Below are positions 36,632 through 46,297 of a stretch of DNA of 64,000 nt, piece by piece; positions within the stretch are counted from its first letter, which is position 1; the number at the start of each line of letters is the position of its first letter. A program made the position numbers and the translations under genes. The notes under the pieces are model-generated. The model saw nothing but the letters and a program-made list of their open reading frames with translations, was not told the DNA's origin and made no database searches. This DNA comes from an uncultured Candidatus Saccharibacteria bacterium (GTDB lineage Bacteria; Patescibacteriota; Minisyncoccia; Phycocordibacterales; UBA5272): NCBI GenBank assembly GCA_964510805.1, contig CAZEDG010000002.1, forward strand, positions 7,653 through 71,652. Direction: 5' to 3'.

Positions 36632-37186
36632 CTACAACTGCATCTCTTTAAGAACATGCTGAAGATGGGTGCGGACTACCTTTTCGTTAAGCACTAATCT
36701 TGTATAGAGTTCATCAAGTGAAAGCGTGTGATATTCTTGTATCCCTTTAACCCCAAGCGTTGTAATATCGATATACCCAAGATCAGCAAGAATAATACAA
36801 TAAAGAAGGGTTCTAGCGAACAAGTCACCGTAGGAAGAACTTCCTTTAAAAAAAGAAAGCAATCTATCATAAAGTAAGCTGTGTGATCCTTCACCCTTGA
36901 TAAATCTTTTAAGAAGCTGAGTTCCTTCCTGAAGGTATCTAAAACTTTGACTATCTTTTTCGGCACCAACAATTCTCCAAACCTCTTTACCTTTTACAAG
37001 AGTAAGTAGCGTCACCGAACGAGGAAGCACATGCGGGCGTAACTTACTCTCAAGTTTCCTGATACTCTTGGCGTGACACATAAGAAGTCCGAACTCTCGT
37101 GTAAAAATCTTAAACACACGATCATGTTCTCCTTGATCGTACATCTCAAGCACAATACCCTGTGTCACATATTTCTCAATCGCCAT
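36632..37186 (-). CDS. recO: DNA repair protein RecO (short form).
   Basis: The N-terminal OB-fold pattern QGIVLEMYDQGEHDRVFKIFTREFGLL fits RecO. Confidence 0.6.
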   Translation of the reverse strand: MAIEKYVTQGIVLEMYDQGEHDRVFKIFTREFGLLMCHAKSIRKLESKLRPHVLPRSVTLLTLVKGKEVWRIVGAEKDSQSFRYLQEGTQLLKRFIKGEGSHSLLYDRLLSFFKGSSSYGDLFARTLLYCIILADLGYIDITTLGVKGIQEYHTLSLDELYTRLVLNEKVVRTHLQHVLKEMQL

Positions 37187-40100
37187 GACCTAAGGTAAGT
37201 GAAGCGAACACAGAAGAAGATGAAAGCTCGATTACTTTACCTTTACAATCTTTGTCATAGATAATCTCTTCTGCGCGAACTACTTTCTTAAGATCATATA
37301 TTTCTTCATCAGAAAGTTCTATAGAAAGCGCAATTGAATTAACCGTTTCTGAGGAAGAAAGATTATGCTCCTTACGTAACTCTTGTAACCCTCGCTGAAT
37401 CTTACGAATATCACCTTCTCGCTTAAGCGCTTCTGTGATTGTTACATCAAGCACAACATCTTCTTTTTGATTTTTATCATAGAACACTTCCTTTACGTTG
37501 AGCTCTTCTTCAATAAGGAAGATAAGTTCTGGGTCAACTTCTTTGTTAAAAGTAACAGAGCTAAGTGGTTGCTTAACAGAGAGCTTATGTTCTGTACGCT
37601 TCATCAACCCAAGAGAGACAAGCTCTCGCACCTCTTTCATAGAAGCAATAAGTTCTTTATCAATAAATCCCTGCTCTGGCCACTTCTCAAGATGTACTGA
37701 TGCATAATCACCGCGAAGTTCTTGATATGTTCTTTCTGCAAGAAAAGGCAATACTGGGGCAACAGTCTTAGCAAGCGTAAGAAGTACATAACGAAGTGTG
37801 CTGTACGCTTCATACTCATCTTCTTCACCAGTTAAGCCTTTGAGGCGATCACGAGAACGTCTTGTATACCAGATAGAGAGATCGTCAACAATTTGATCAA
37901 TACCCTTGGTTGCTTCGTCTAACTTGTACGCATCATATCCGTCTGTTGCTTCCTTCACAAGCTCATGAACTCTACTTATCATCCATCTATCCAAAGGATT
38001 AGATGATGACGTTCCTGCTTGCACTTGCACGTTACCCATCTTGTAAAGCGCTACCACGTTATCAAATCGCATGATACATCGCTTGTATACTTCATCAAGT
38101 TCTTTATCACTGAAGTTAATCGACTCACCTTTTACAACAGGAGAAGACATGAGGTACAAGCGAAAAGCGTCAGCGCCAAATCTCTCCACAAGAAGCATCG
38201 GATCTGTATAATTATTAAGACTCTTACTCAACTTCTTTCCATCAGATGCATTGATTAGACCATTACAAATCACGTGCTTGTACGGCGCAATATCGAAAAG
38301 TCCTACACCTAAGTTAATAAGTGAATAGAACCATCCTCTTGTCTGATCCATACTCTCAGCAATAAATGTAGCTGGATACGCCTCCTTAAAGAGATCTTTG
38401 TTTTCGAATGGATAATGAATAGAAGCAAAAGGCATAGACCCAGACTCGAACCAACAATCGAATACATCAGAAATTCTTGTATACACTTCTCCACCTACAA
38501 TAAGCTCCACTCCATCGATATAAGGACGATGAAGATTGATTGCGCCAGTTGCGTCACGTGGCACAGAAGCCGGCACAAAACTAATCACTTGACCATTGTG
38601 TACATTAAGCCCCTCTTCTTTGTGCTTATTTGCAATAATCTCTTCGCTTGTTGCAAGCTCTGCTTCATGAATACCCATATATACCATAGAGCCATGTGTC
38701 ACAAAAAGTATCTTCTTGCCTTCATATTTCTCTTCACATGACGCAACCACTTGCATAAATCTATGTGCCCCATCTCTAAATGATTCACCTCCAGGAACTC
38801 TCTCATTAAGATGCTCATGAATACTTCTTATAGAACGAAAAGTTGTCGCGTTCATTGATTCATATTCTCCAAAATGGAACTCTCGCAACCTCTCATCAAC
38901 CACGATAGTTGCCTGTGTTCCTTTTGCAATAATTGCTGAAGTTTCTCTTGTACGAAGAAGTGGTGAAGTGATGATGACATCGACACCAAGCTCTTGTATC
39001 TTATTACCCGCAAGCACTGCTTGCTCAATACCTTTCTCAGTAAGTGTATTAGTCTCATCTCCAAGACTATCCAATCTATCAAGCACATTGAACACCGACT
39101 CGCCGTGACGCATTGCAAAGTAGGTATTCTTAGGTTTCTTGGTTGCACATGAAGCAAGCTCCTTGAGGGAACCAACTACGTGAACCTTACTTCCATCATG
39201 ATTCTTCCACACAGGAAGAGGTGCTCCCCAATACCTCGAACGAGACACCGCCCACTCACGAGCGCCTTCTAACCACTTACCAAATCGTCCATCACGAATA
39301 TGCTCAGGAGTCCATCCGATTGCACTATTTTCTTTGAGAAGCTTTTCTTTCATCTTAGGCACATCAACAAACCATGATGATGTAGCGTAGTTAAGAAGCG
39401 GAGTCTTACATCTCCAACAAAGTGGATATGAGTGCACAATCTTATGCTTCTCAAAAAGTTTTCCATTATGGGCAAGCCATTTAATAATCTCAACATCAGT
39501 TGACTGAGTATCTCCTGCTTTCTTAACCTTAAGCCCTTTAAAATCTTCTACATCATCAGTAAATGTTCCATCCATCTTCACATGCTTGATAACAGGAATA
39601 TTATGTTCCTTTGCAAGTTGCATGTCCTCATCACCAAACGCAGGAGCTTCATGCGCAATACCGGTACCAGCATCTTCGGTAATAAAATCTGCATGCCAAA
39701 TCTTCCAAATGTTTTCTTTGTGTTCAAGTTCTTTATCTTTAAAATACGGAAACAACGGGAGATACTTCTTGCCAACAAGAGTGCTTCCTGGAAATTCACC
39801 AACAATCTCCTTTGATTCGTTATCTTTAAAATATTCTTCGACTTTACTCTTTGCAAGAATATAACACTTCGTGATTCCTTCTTGTGTACTTTTTACTTTT
39901 ACATACACAATATCTTTATGAAGTGCAAGCGCTGTATTACCTGGAAGTGTCCATGGGGTTGTTGTCCACGCAAGCACGTACGTTCCCTTTTCTTCTTCGA
40001 GTTCAAATTCTGCTGTCACAGAAAGATCAGTCACATCAGTATACTCAAGACCAACCTCTGATTGTGCAAGAGGAGTCTCACACCTCGGACAGATATGCAT

Positions 40101-40643
40101 CATCTTGCTTCCTTCATAGGCAAGCTTCTTCTCATAGAGAGACTTCCAGGCAAACCAGATACTCTCCGTATAGGTTGCGTCCATTGTCTTATATGGATGA
40201 CTCATGTCAGCCCATCTTCCAAGACGAGGAATTATTTTTTTCCATTCCTCTTCATACTGAAGCACACTTGCGTATGCATCAGCATTGAACTTATCGATAC
40301 CAAACGCTTCGATGTCTTTTTTGCTTGCAAGACCGAGCTTCTTCTCAATGAGATTCTCAATCGGAAGACCATGACAATCCCACCCCCATACACGACGAAC
40401 CGAATTACCTCTCATTGTCTGATAGCGAGGGATGAGATCCTTCACTGTTCCTGCCATAAGAGAACCATGATGAGGAAGACCTGTTGCAAATGGAGGACCA
40501 TCATAAAAAGAAAAAGTTCCTTGTGGTTCACCTCCTCCCGGCTGTTCGATAGACTTCTCGAAAATATGATTCTCTTCCCAAAAGCGAAGTGCCTTCTCTT
40601 CTTTTTCTGAAACAGAGAGTGGTTTTTGGTTATTGTCTTGCAT
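37176..40643 (-). CDS. ileS: Isoleucyl-tRNA synthetase (type 2) carrying an inserted histidine-phosphatase (PGAM-like) domain.
   Basis: PHHGS (HIGH). CP1 editing region WTTTPWTLPGNTALA. KLSKS-type KMSKS region GKKLSKSLNN. HRPYID. The ORF-track start at 40685 is TTG inside the leader terminator; the ATG at 40641-40643 (MQDNNQ) is preferred. Confidence 0.85.
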   Translation of the reverse strand: MQDNNQKPLSVSEKEEKALRFWEENHIFEKSIEQPGGGEPQGTFSFYDGPPFATGLPHHGSLMAGTVKDLIPRYQTMRGNSVRRVWGWDCHGLPIENLIEKKLGLASKKDIEAFGIDKFNADAYASVLQYEEEWKKIIPRLGRWADMSHPYKTMDATYTESIWFAWKSLYEKKLAYEGSKMMHICPRCETPLAQSEVGLEYTDVTDLSVTAEFELEEEKGTYVLAWTTTPWTLPGNTALALHKDIVYVKVKSTQEGITKCYILAKSKVEEYFKDNESKEIVGEFPGSTLVGKKYLPLFPYFKDKELEHKENIWKIWHADFITEDAGTGIAHEAPAFGDEDMQLAKEHNIPVIKHVKMDGTFTDDVEDFKGLKVKKAGDTQSTDVEIIKWLAHNGKLFEKHKIVHSYPLCWRCKTPLLNYATSSWFVDVPKMKEKLLKENSAIGWTPEHIRDGRFGKWLEGAREWAVSRSRYWGAPLPVWKNHDGSKVHVVGSLKELASCATKKPKNTYFAMRHGESVFNVLDRLDSLGDETNTLTEKGIEQAVLAGNKIQELGVDVIITSPLLRTRETSAIIAKGTQATIVVDERLREFHFGEYESMNATTFRSIRSIHEHLNERVPGGESFRDGAHRFMQVVASCEEKYEGKKILFVTHGSMVYMGIHEAELATSEEIIANKHKEEGLNVHNGQVISFVPASVPRDATGAINLHRPYIDGVELIVGGEVYTRISDVFDCWFESGSMPFASIHYPFENKDLFKEAYPATFIAESMDQTRGWFYSLINLGVGLFDIAPYKHVICNGLINASDGKKLSKSLNNYTDPMLLVERFGADAFRLYLMSSPVVKGESINFSDKELDEVYKRCIMRFDNVVALYKMGNVQVQAGTSSSNPLDRWMISRVHELVKEATDGYDAYKLDEATKGIDQIVDDLSIWYTRRSRDRLKGLTGEEDEYEAYSTLRYVLLTLAKTVAPVLPFLAERTYQELRGDYASVHLEKWPEQGFIDKELIASMKEVRELVSLGLMKRTEHKLSVKQPLSSVTFNKEVDPELIFLIEEELNVKEVFYDKNQKEDVVLDVTITEALKREGDIRKIQRGLQELRKEHNLSSSETVNSIALSIELSDEEIYDLKKVVRAEEIIYDKDCKGKVIELSSSSVFASLTLGHGD
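38540..39150 (-). other. Histidine phosphatase (phosphoglycerate-mutase-like, RHG motif) domain inserted in IleRS.
   Basis: FAMRHGESVFN...ITSPLLRTRETS...FVTHGSMV. About 205 aa lie between ...IGSLKEL and DxHRPYID, where typical IleRS has a linker of about 15 aa. Confidence 0.65.
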
Positions 40644-40659
40644 GGTGTTTGTAGTATCG

Positions 40660-40885
40660 ATAAAAATAATAAAGCCCTCACACAAAGACTATCTTTGTGC
40701 AAGGACGAGTGAGATCGTGGTACCACCTTGCTTTACTTCTCTTCGAAGTCTTATTTAGTCGGGTTCTACTTGTCTTACATAGGACTTATGTATTAGTCCT
40801 GTTACAAAAATAGTAAGAGGTTCTTCCCACACCAAGGAGTGATTAGTTCCTTCATCGTGTATATATCTTTATACTAACAAAAAGA
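40660..40885 (-). promoter_or_regulatory. T-box-like riboswitch leader of ileS.
   Basis: On the minus strand: a GA-motif stem I region gatgaagg; the T-box-like box gcaaGGTGGTACCAcg (RC of 40716-40731); a terminator cacaaaga-tag-tctttgtg with extended stem (RC of 40676-40704) followed by a U-tract about 20 nt before the ATG. Confidence 0.5.
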
Positions 40886-40891
40886 AAAAAA

Positions 40892-40920
40892 GACGCAAGC
40901 AGAATCGCCCTGCTTGCGTC
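40892..40920 (-). terminator. Terminator of the upstream minus-strand gene.
   Basis: gacgcaagcag-aatcgcc-ctgcttgcgtc with an adjacent T-tract on the minus strand. Confidence 0.5.
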
Positions 40921-40921
40921 T

Positions 40922-41221
40922 TTAGTGGATGATGCCGTCCTTTGAAAGAAAGACAATTACCACTGAATTATCTTCTTCAGATGACGAATAAGAGAGATTG
41001 CCTTTAAGCATTTCTAGCGCCAAACGATCTGCGATATAATGCATAAGCACTTCATCAGGAATCTTTTCAAAAGCTTTGAGACTTCTCATCTTTTCGGAAA
41101 GTCCTTCAAAAGTAAGAGTCTCTTGTTGGTTGCATCTTGCTTTTTCAAGAATTGTACTCAAACTAACAGAGAGACAATGCTCGAGATGCGTTCTTTCTTC
41201 ATCAGTGTTCATGTTAAGCAC
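40922..41221 (-). CDS. Hypothetical protein.
   Basis: The ORF is 99 aa. Confidence 0.4.
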   Translation of the reverse strand: MLNMNTDEERTHLEHCLSVSLSTILEKARCNQQETLTFEGLSEKMRSLKAFEKIPDEVLMHYIADRLALEMLKGNLSYSSSEEDNSVVIVFLSKDGIIH

Positions 41222-41759
41222 CCCCTACCGAAACAAGCTCAAACACTCTGGAAGAATTCTTTACAATCAACCCTTGTCCTTCAAGAGACTCAAGCGCAAG
41301 CAAAGCTTCTTCTTTTGTAAAATTTCTTGCCTTTCCAACTCCCGCAAGGAACACTTCTAGATCAAAAGGTTCTTTGCTCTTCTTGAGTCCTTCGAAGTGA
41401 ACAGTAAGCGCCTCTTCTGCCAAAATAAGAAGCTCATTACTTACTTGATACTCGTAGTAATAAGGATTGTCTTTGGGCTCATCTCTAGAGCGTCGAATCT
41501 TGCCATCTTCAAGGAGATGTGCAATAGCATTAAGAACAAAGTCGTACCGCACCGGTGAATTTCTCACAAAACGAAAATGCTCTTTGAGTGCATCTTCAAT
41601 CTCTGGCGCAGTCCAGTCTTTTCCAGATCTTTTATGCTTTGCAAAAATATCAAGAATAGCTCCTTCGAGCTCTTCTTGTTGTTCTTTTCTTGAGACAAAC
41701 CTCCATCCAAGAAAACAAGAAAAGATGATACACATAAGAGCAACCATAACAACTTTCAT
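41214..41759 (-). CDS. Hypothetical N-terminally anchored protein.
   Basis: The ORF is 181 aa with an N-terminal TM helix. Confidence 0.45.
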   Translation of the reverse strand: MKVVMVALMCIIFSCFLGWRFVSRKEQQEELEGAILDIFAKHKRSGKDWTAPEIEDALKEHFRFVRNSPVRYDFVLNAIAHLLEDGKIRRSRDEPKDNPYYYEYQVSNELLILAEEALTVHFEGLKKSKEPFDLEVFLAGVGKARNFTKEEALLALESLEGQGLIVKNSSRVFELVSVGGA

Positions 41760-41855
41760 ACACGAACCTCCATATAGTTAATAATCATCTTCATACGATA
41801 CTACACCAAAAGAAACGATTGGTCTAGAACCAAATTAAACTGAATCAAATCATTG

Positions 41856-43556
41856 TTACATCCTCTCTGGTTGATCTATACCAAGCACATAAAGACCGTG
41901 TGCAAGAATTTGTTTTGTAGCACTGGCAAGCATAACATAGTAACGACTTGTATCAACTGATTCTTGGTTAACAATTTGTACTCGTGCATACATACTATTG
42001 AACACTCTAGTAAGGAGAAGCAAGTGTTGCACAATATGCTGAGGACCAAGGTCTGTATACGCTCTCTTAAGCACTTCACTGTATCCGATAATCACCTTCT
42101 CAAGTTCTGCTTCAGGATGATCAACAACATATCCGTGTTCAAAATCAATCTGTGCTTCTTCTGCTTTATCAAGAAGTGCACACAATCTTGCGTGGGTGTA
42201 TTGCAAGTATGGACCAGAGTCGCCTTCAAAAGAAATTGATTTTTCGAAATCAAATATAATATCTTTCCCTGGAGCAATTTTAAGAATAGAAAACTTAATC
42301 GCCCCAACCGCAATAGAAGTAAGAAGCTCTTCTTTTTTTGCATCAGGAACTCTCATGTCTTCTATCTTACTTCGAACATGTTCTCGTATCTCATTAAGAA
42401 GCTCTTCGCCTCCGATCACATTTCCTGTTCGTGATGACATCTTGCCACTTGTAAGTCGAAGCATGCCGTGACTTACATGGGTAAGTTTACCAACAAGATC
42501 AGTATGAATTTTTTCTGCAACTGTGTTGATCACTTTGAAATATTCTTTTTGTTCACTTGCAGTAATCACAACATAGTGAGATGCCTCCGGAAGAAGCTTG
42601 AGCTTCTTTTCATAATTACCAAGTTCTTTTGCTTCATAGGTTGGAAGACCTTCCTTGTTCACAAACACACGTGTGTGTAGTCCGTCCTGTTCACCTTTAT
42701 AGACAATCGCCCCTTCTGATTCTTCGAAGACACCACGCGCAAGATACTCGCGAACAAGAGTAAGTCCAGGGTCTGCAACTTCTGATTCATAAATAAAAGC
42801 ATCAAATGTTGTCCCAAGATTCTTATACAAAGAAGCAAAGTACGCAAGCGAAAGCTCTCTTCCCTCTCTATACACCTCCATGACAGAAGCATCGGTTCCT
42901 CCATAGATCGCTTTGTTAACTTCTATGATTTCTTTTTTTGCTTCGTCACTCTTCTCGAACTGTTCGTTGGCGTACGCATAACACTTACCTAAGAATGCAA
43001 CTTTTTCTTGAAGTGTTGCAGACGAAGTAGGTTTTTCGCTTTCCTTTTGTATCACACCCCAAACACCCATCGCAACATTACGACCGATATCAGATGGATA
43101 ACATACTCGTGTAACATCATATCCATACATCTCATAGATACGAGAAATAGATTCACCAATTGCATTTGCCATCAAATGACCAATATGGAACACCTTGAAA
43201 CAGTTAGGGTCAGTATACTCAACAAGCGCTTGTTCATTGCGCAGTGGTCTTCGTATTCCGTACATTGCAATATCTTCTACCTCATCAGTACGCACATCAC
43301 TTTTTAAATACAAGTTAATAAAGCCAGGGCCAGCGACTTCGATTTTTTCAACAACGGTATCTAATTTTTCTCTAAGAGTCGCCACAAGTTCCTCTGCGCA
43401 CACTTTTGGGCTTACATTCTTTTTCTTAGCAAATGGAAAAGCAATGTTTGTTGCATAATCACCATGAGCAAGTTCCTCTGGTTGAGTAAGCGAAAAAGAA
43501 ACCCCTTCTCCCGCGATTTCTTGTAACACACTTATAATCGTATCGTATGCATTCAT
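41856..43556 (-). CDS. argS: Arginyl-tRNA synthetase.
   Basis: Class I HIGH region FHIGHLMANAIGESISR. ArgRS N-terminal add-domain. The protein is 566 aa. Confidence 0.85.
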   Translation of the reverse strand: MNAYDTIISVLQEIAGEGVSFSLTQPEELAHGDYATNIAFPFAKKKNVSPKVCAEELVATLREKLDTVVEKIEVAGPGFINLYLKSDVRTDEVEDIAMYGIRRPLRNEQALVEYTDPNCFKVFHIGHLMANAIGESISRIYEMYGYDVTRVCYPSDIGRNVAMGVWGVIQKESEKPTSSATLQEKVAFLGKCYAYANEQFEKSDEAKKEIIEVNKAIYGGTDASVMEVYREGRELSLAYFASLYKNLGTTFDAFIYESEVADPGLTLVREYLARGVFEESEGAIVYKGEQDGLHTRVFVNKEGLPTYEAKELGNYEKKLKLLPEASHYVVITASEQKEYFKVINTVAEKIHTDLVGKLTHVSHGMLRLTSGKMSSRTGNVIGGEELLNEIREHVRSKIEDMRVPDAKKEELLTSIAVGAIKFSILKIAPGKDIIFDFEKSISFEGDSGPYLQYTHARLCALLDKAEEAQIDFEHGYVVDHPEAELEKVIIGYSEVLKRAYTDLGPQHIVQHLLLLTRVFNSMYARVQIVNQESVDTSRYYVMLASATKQILAHGLYVLGIDQPERM

Positions 43557-43661
43557 TTCTCTATACTACCGTATTTTAAGAAAGAATAAAACTTTCTCTA
43601 AATACTTCTGTATAGTAGAATAGACCTGGATTCCATACATGAGCAAACTGGAGAATAAAGA

Positions 43662-44240
43662 ATGATCGACTCAAAACGTATCGCACTTATTGGTGCACAC
43701 ACCAAGGACTCATTGTCTTACGGGCTTGGTAATGGTATGCCATGGCCTCGTGGAGCACTTAAGAAAGACATGCTTGAGAGATTCAAGCCAATCACTTTAG
43801 GTGCACCAGAAGGCAAAAAAAATCTTCTCATTGCCGGCAATAGCACCTTCGTTGCTATGGGAGGGAAACCTCTCCCAGGAAGATACATGATTGGTGTATC
43901 AAGAAAGGTGGAAGAACCTGTTACGCTTCCTAGCGGTGCAGTACTTGTACCCAGTTTTGGAGAAGCGCTTCGTTATGCGGAAACACTCACAGATCTACAC
44001 AAAGTATTCTTTATCGGAGGAAAAAGCTCTTGGGAAGAAGGGTTCCGTCACGCATCAGAAGCATTCATCACCGTTGTTCATAAAGAAGTAGAACGAGATG
44101 ATCTTATCACACTCGACCAGTCACTTGAGGTAATGGCAAAAGCTTCTGGATTTGTCATGATAAGCCAAGAACATACAGTTGATGAATGGGGTGGACCAGT
44201 GCGAGTTGATTTCCTAGAATATTTTAAAGACAGGAGTTAG
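43662..44240 (+). CDS. folA: Dihydrofolate reductase-like protein.
   Basis: IALIGAHTKDSLSYGLGNGMPWP is a DHFR N-terminal-like motif. It lies in a thymidylate cluster. Confidence 0.6.
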   Translation: MIDSKRIALIGAHTKDSLSYGLGNGMPWPRGALKKDMLERFKPITLGAPEGKKNLLIAGNSTFVAMGGKPLPGRYMIGVSRKVEEPVTLPSGAVLVPSFGEALRYAETLTDLHKVFFIGGKSSWEEGFRHASEAFITVVHKEVERDDLITLDQSLEVMAKASGFVMISQEHTVDEWGGPVRVDFLEYFKDRS

Positions 44241-44267
44241 AAGAAGCGAGGCAATGCCTCGCTTTAT

Positions 44268-44687
44268 TTATTTCCCTGTACTTCCAAAACCCCCTTCTCC
44301 ACGCACAGTGTCGCTTAATTCATCAACTTCGATCACGTCACATAACTCCACTTTTTGAATAAGCATTTGGGCAACTTTTTGACCATGAAGAAATGTATAT
44401 GACTCATGAGTAAGGTTATGCATGATTACCTGAACCTCTCCACGATACCCGGCATCCACAACACCACCAAGAGTCTTTAGTCCTTTTGAACCAATTGATG
44501 ACTTATCCCAAATAAGTCCAACATACCCGACTTCCATTTCTAGCGCAACACCAACAGGAATCTTTTTTGTCTCCCCTCCTTGGATTACATGACTACCATA
44601 TGCATAGAGATCAATCCCTGCATCCTCCTTGTGCGCACGAGTTGGAATCACCGCATCTCTATAGAGTTTTTTTATCTGTAGTTTCAT
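44268..44687 (-). CDS. dut: dUTP diphosphatase.
   Basis: AGIDLYA...GLIWDKSSIG...GVVDAGYRGEV...RGEGGFGSTG are the dUTPase motifs. Confidence 0.9.
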   Translation of the reverse strand: MKLQIKKLYRDAVIPTRAHKEDAGIDLYAYGSHVIQGGETKKIPVGVALEMEVGYVGLIWDKSSIGSKGLKTLGGVVDAGYRGEVQVIMHNLTHESYTFLHGQKVAQMLIQKVELCDVIEVDELSDTVRGEGGFGSTGK

Positions 44688-44803
44688 TATCTATAATTGT
44701 AGCACAAGGTGATTCACTATATTTTGACAAAACCTATCAAAAACGTAGAATGACGCTAGACCTCAATTGGGGAGCAGTACTATTTAACAACAAGGAGTAT
44801 CGT

Positions 44804-45274
44804 ATGCAAGATCTCAGCAATACTCGCTCAAGCGAGATGCGTGAACGAATGGTCTTACTTCAGGAAAATGGCTGGTGTCTTTTCTGTCAGCAAGGTTTTA
44901 CGCTCATGAAAAAAACAAAACTCCATGATGGAAAGCATTGGTATGTGACCGTAAATGACGCTGCCTACCAAGGAGCAACTACTCATGTTATGGCGGTACC
45001 CAATCGACACATAACAGACCCTGTAGAGATGACAACCGAGGAGCTCGTAGAGCTTTTTCAGGTCGTGGTTCCATGGCTCCGTAAAGAACTTAACATGAGA
45101 GGTCTGAGTGGACTATTTCGTTTTGGTGACACTAAACGAACCGGCTCAACCATTCATCATCTTCACTTTCACTTTGTTGAAGGTGAGGAGCGTGTTGATC
45201 ACAACCATCCACCAGTTTGGGCTGTTGTCGGCTTTCAGACTGGATATGAACCACCCCCTCAAGGAGAACTTTGA
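44804..45274 (+). CDS. HIT-family (histidine triad) nucleotide-binding protein.
   Basis: CLFCQ N-terminal motif. Histidine triad HHLHFHFV. The start is at the ATG at 44804, which has SD aaggag; the longer ORF-track start overlaps dut. The stop overlaps the thyA-like ATG in an ATGA-type junction. Confidence 0.6.
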   Translation: MQDLSNTRSSEMRERMVLLQENGWCLFCQQGFTLMKKTKLHDGKHWYVTVNDAAYQGATTHVMAVPNRHITDPVEMTTEELVELFQVVVPWLRKELNMRGLSGLFRFGDTKRTGSTIHHLHFHFVEGEERVDHNHPPVWAVVGFQTGYEPPPQGEL

Positions 45275-46188
45275 TGATTGATCTCGGTTATATTTCGTAC
45301 CTTCCTCCTCATGAGCGGAAGATTGATACTCAGTACTACGACCTGATGAAAGAGGTATACCTTCACGGAAAAATCGTGAAACCGATTCAGGGTGGCGAAG
45401 CACGAATGGTTGCCGGAGCGCAACACCATTACCGCGCAGAGAATGGGTTCATCATGGAAACCATGAGAGACCTATCTGGCTCACTTATTGGATCACTTGC
45501 TGAACATATGGGTTTCTTGAATGGATGCGAAACATTAGAAGAACTTGTTGCGTTCGGTATGCCGCGTGTCTGGTGGGAGCGTTGGGTGACTGCTCAAAAA
45601 TGTGCAGACTTTAACCTCCCTTCAGGAAGCCTCGGAACTGCTTCATACGGCCCCGTCTGGACGAAAATGCCAACTCGTGATGGTGGCACCTTCAACCAGG
45701 TTGACGCACTACAAGACGGCATCAAAGCACGGCCTCATTTGAGAACATGGAGACTTTCTCCGTGGTTTGCTCCTGAAGTCATTGGACCGTTCGGAACCCG
45801 TCGAGTTGTGGTTGCACCGTGTCATGGAGAAATCCACGCACTTGCTGATCCTTTAACGAAGGAACTAACCATTCATCACTGGCAACGAAGTGGTGATCTA
45901 CCTGTTGGGGTGAAGTTCAACCGAATGCAGTACTTTGCATTCGGGATGATGCTTGCGAAGATTATGGGGTATAAGTTCGTTGAACTTATCTATACCTTCT
46001 CAGATGCTCACATCTATGAAGAACAGTACCCGTATGTAGAAGAACTACTCTCGCGTGAACCCAGGATTTATCCGACGGTAACGATCGAAGCTAATCATGA
46101 GCGTTTGCAACAATTCCGTCCAAGAGATTTCAAACTCGGTGATGACTACAACCCTCATCCGAAAATGAATATTCCAACACCTACTTGA
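45274..46188 (+). CDS. thyA: Thymidylate synthase ThyA-family enzyme (divergent; dUMP-type Asn retained).
   Basis: Active-site VAPCHGEIH aligns with PCH. QRSGDLPVGVKFN aligns with QRSCDVFLGLPFN. The C-terminal DYNPHP aligns with YDPHP. GC is about 48%, above background. Confidence 0.7.
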   Translation: MIDLGYISYLPPHERKIDTQYYDLMKEVYLHGKIVKPIQGGEARMVAGAQHHYRAENGFIMETMRDLSGSLIGSLAEHMGFLNGCETLEELVAFGMPRVWWERWVTAQKCADFNLPSGSLGTASYGPVWTKMPTRDGGTFNQVDALQDGIKARPHLRTWRLSPWFAPEVIGPFGTRRVVVAPCHGEIHALADPLTKELTIHHWQRSGDLPVGVKFNRMQYFAFGMMLAKIMGYKFVELIYTFSDAHIYEEQYPYVEELLSREPRIYPTVTIEANHERLQQFRPRDFKLGDDYNPHPKMNIPTPT

Positions 46189-46220
46189 AGAATCTTTTAG
46201 TAATCTGTAAAAGATAACAA

Positions 46221-46289
46221 GACCCCCAACCATTCGGTTGGGGGTCTATTTTATATAAAAGAAAAATCGGCGCATGCGCCGATTTCATG
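46221..46289. terminator. Convergent terminator pair.
   Basis: gacccccaacc-attc-ggttgggggtc followed by tatttt on the + strand for thyA. atcggcgc-atgc-gccgat followed by a T-tract on the minus strand for the deaminase-like gene. Confidence 0.55.
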
Positions 46290-46297
46290 TTGCCGAG

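Noticed and set aside
40644-40685. TTG start for ileS at 40685, giving an N-terminal MCEGFIIFIDTTNT.
   Set aside because: These codons lie inside the leader terminator hairpin and U-tract. The ATG at 40641-40643 downstream of the terminator is the plausible start.
44567-44803. Long N-terminal extension of the HIT-protein ORF overlapping dut on the opposite strand.
   Set aside because: The in-frame ATG at 44804 has a proper SD and avoids a 120-nt antisense overlap with the well-supported dut gene.
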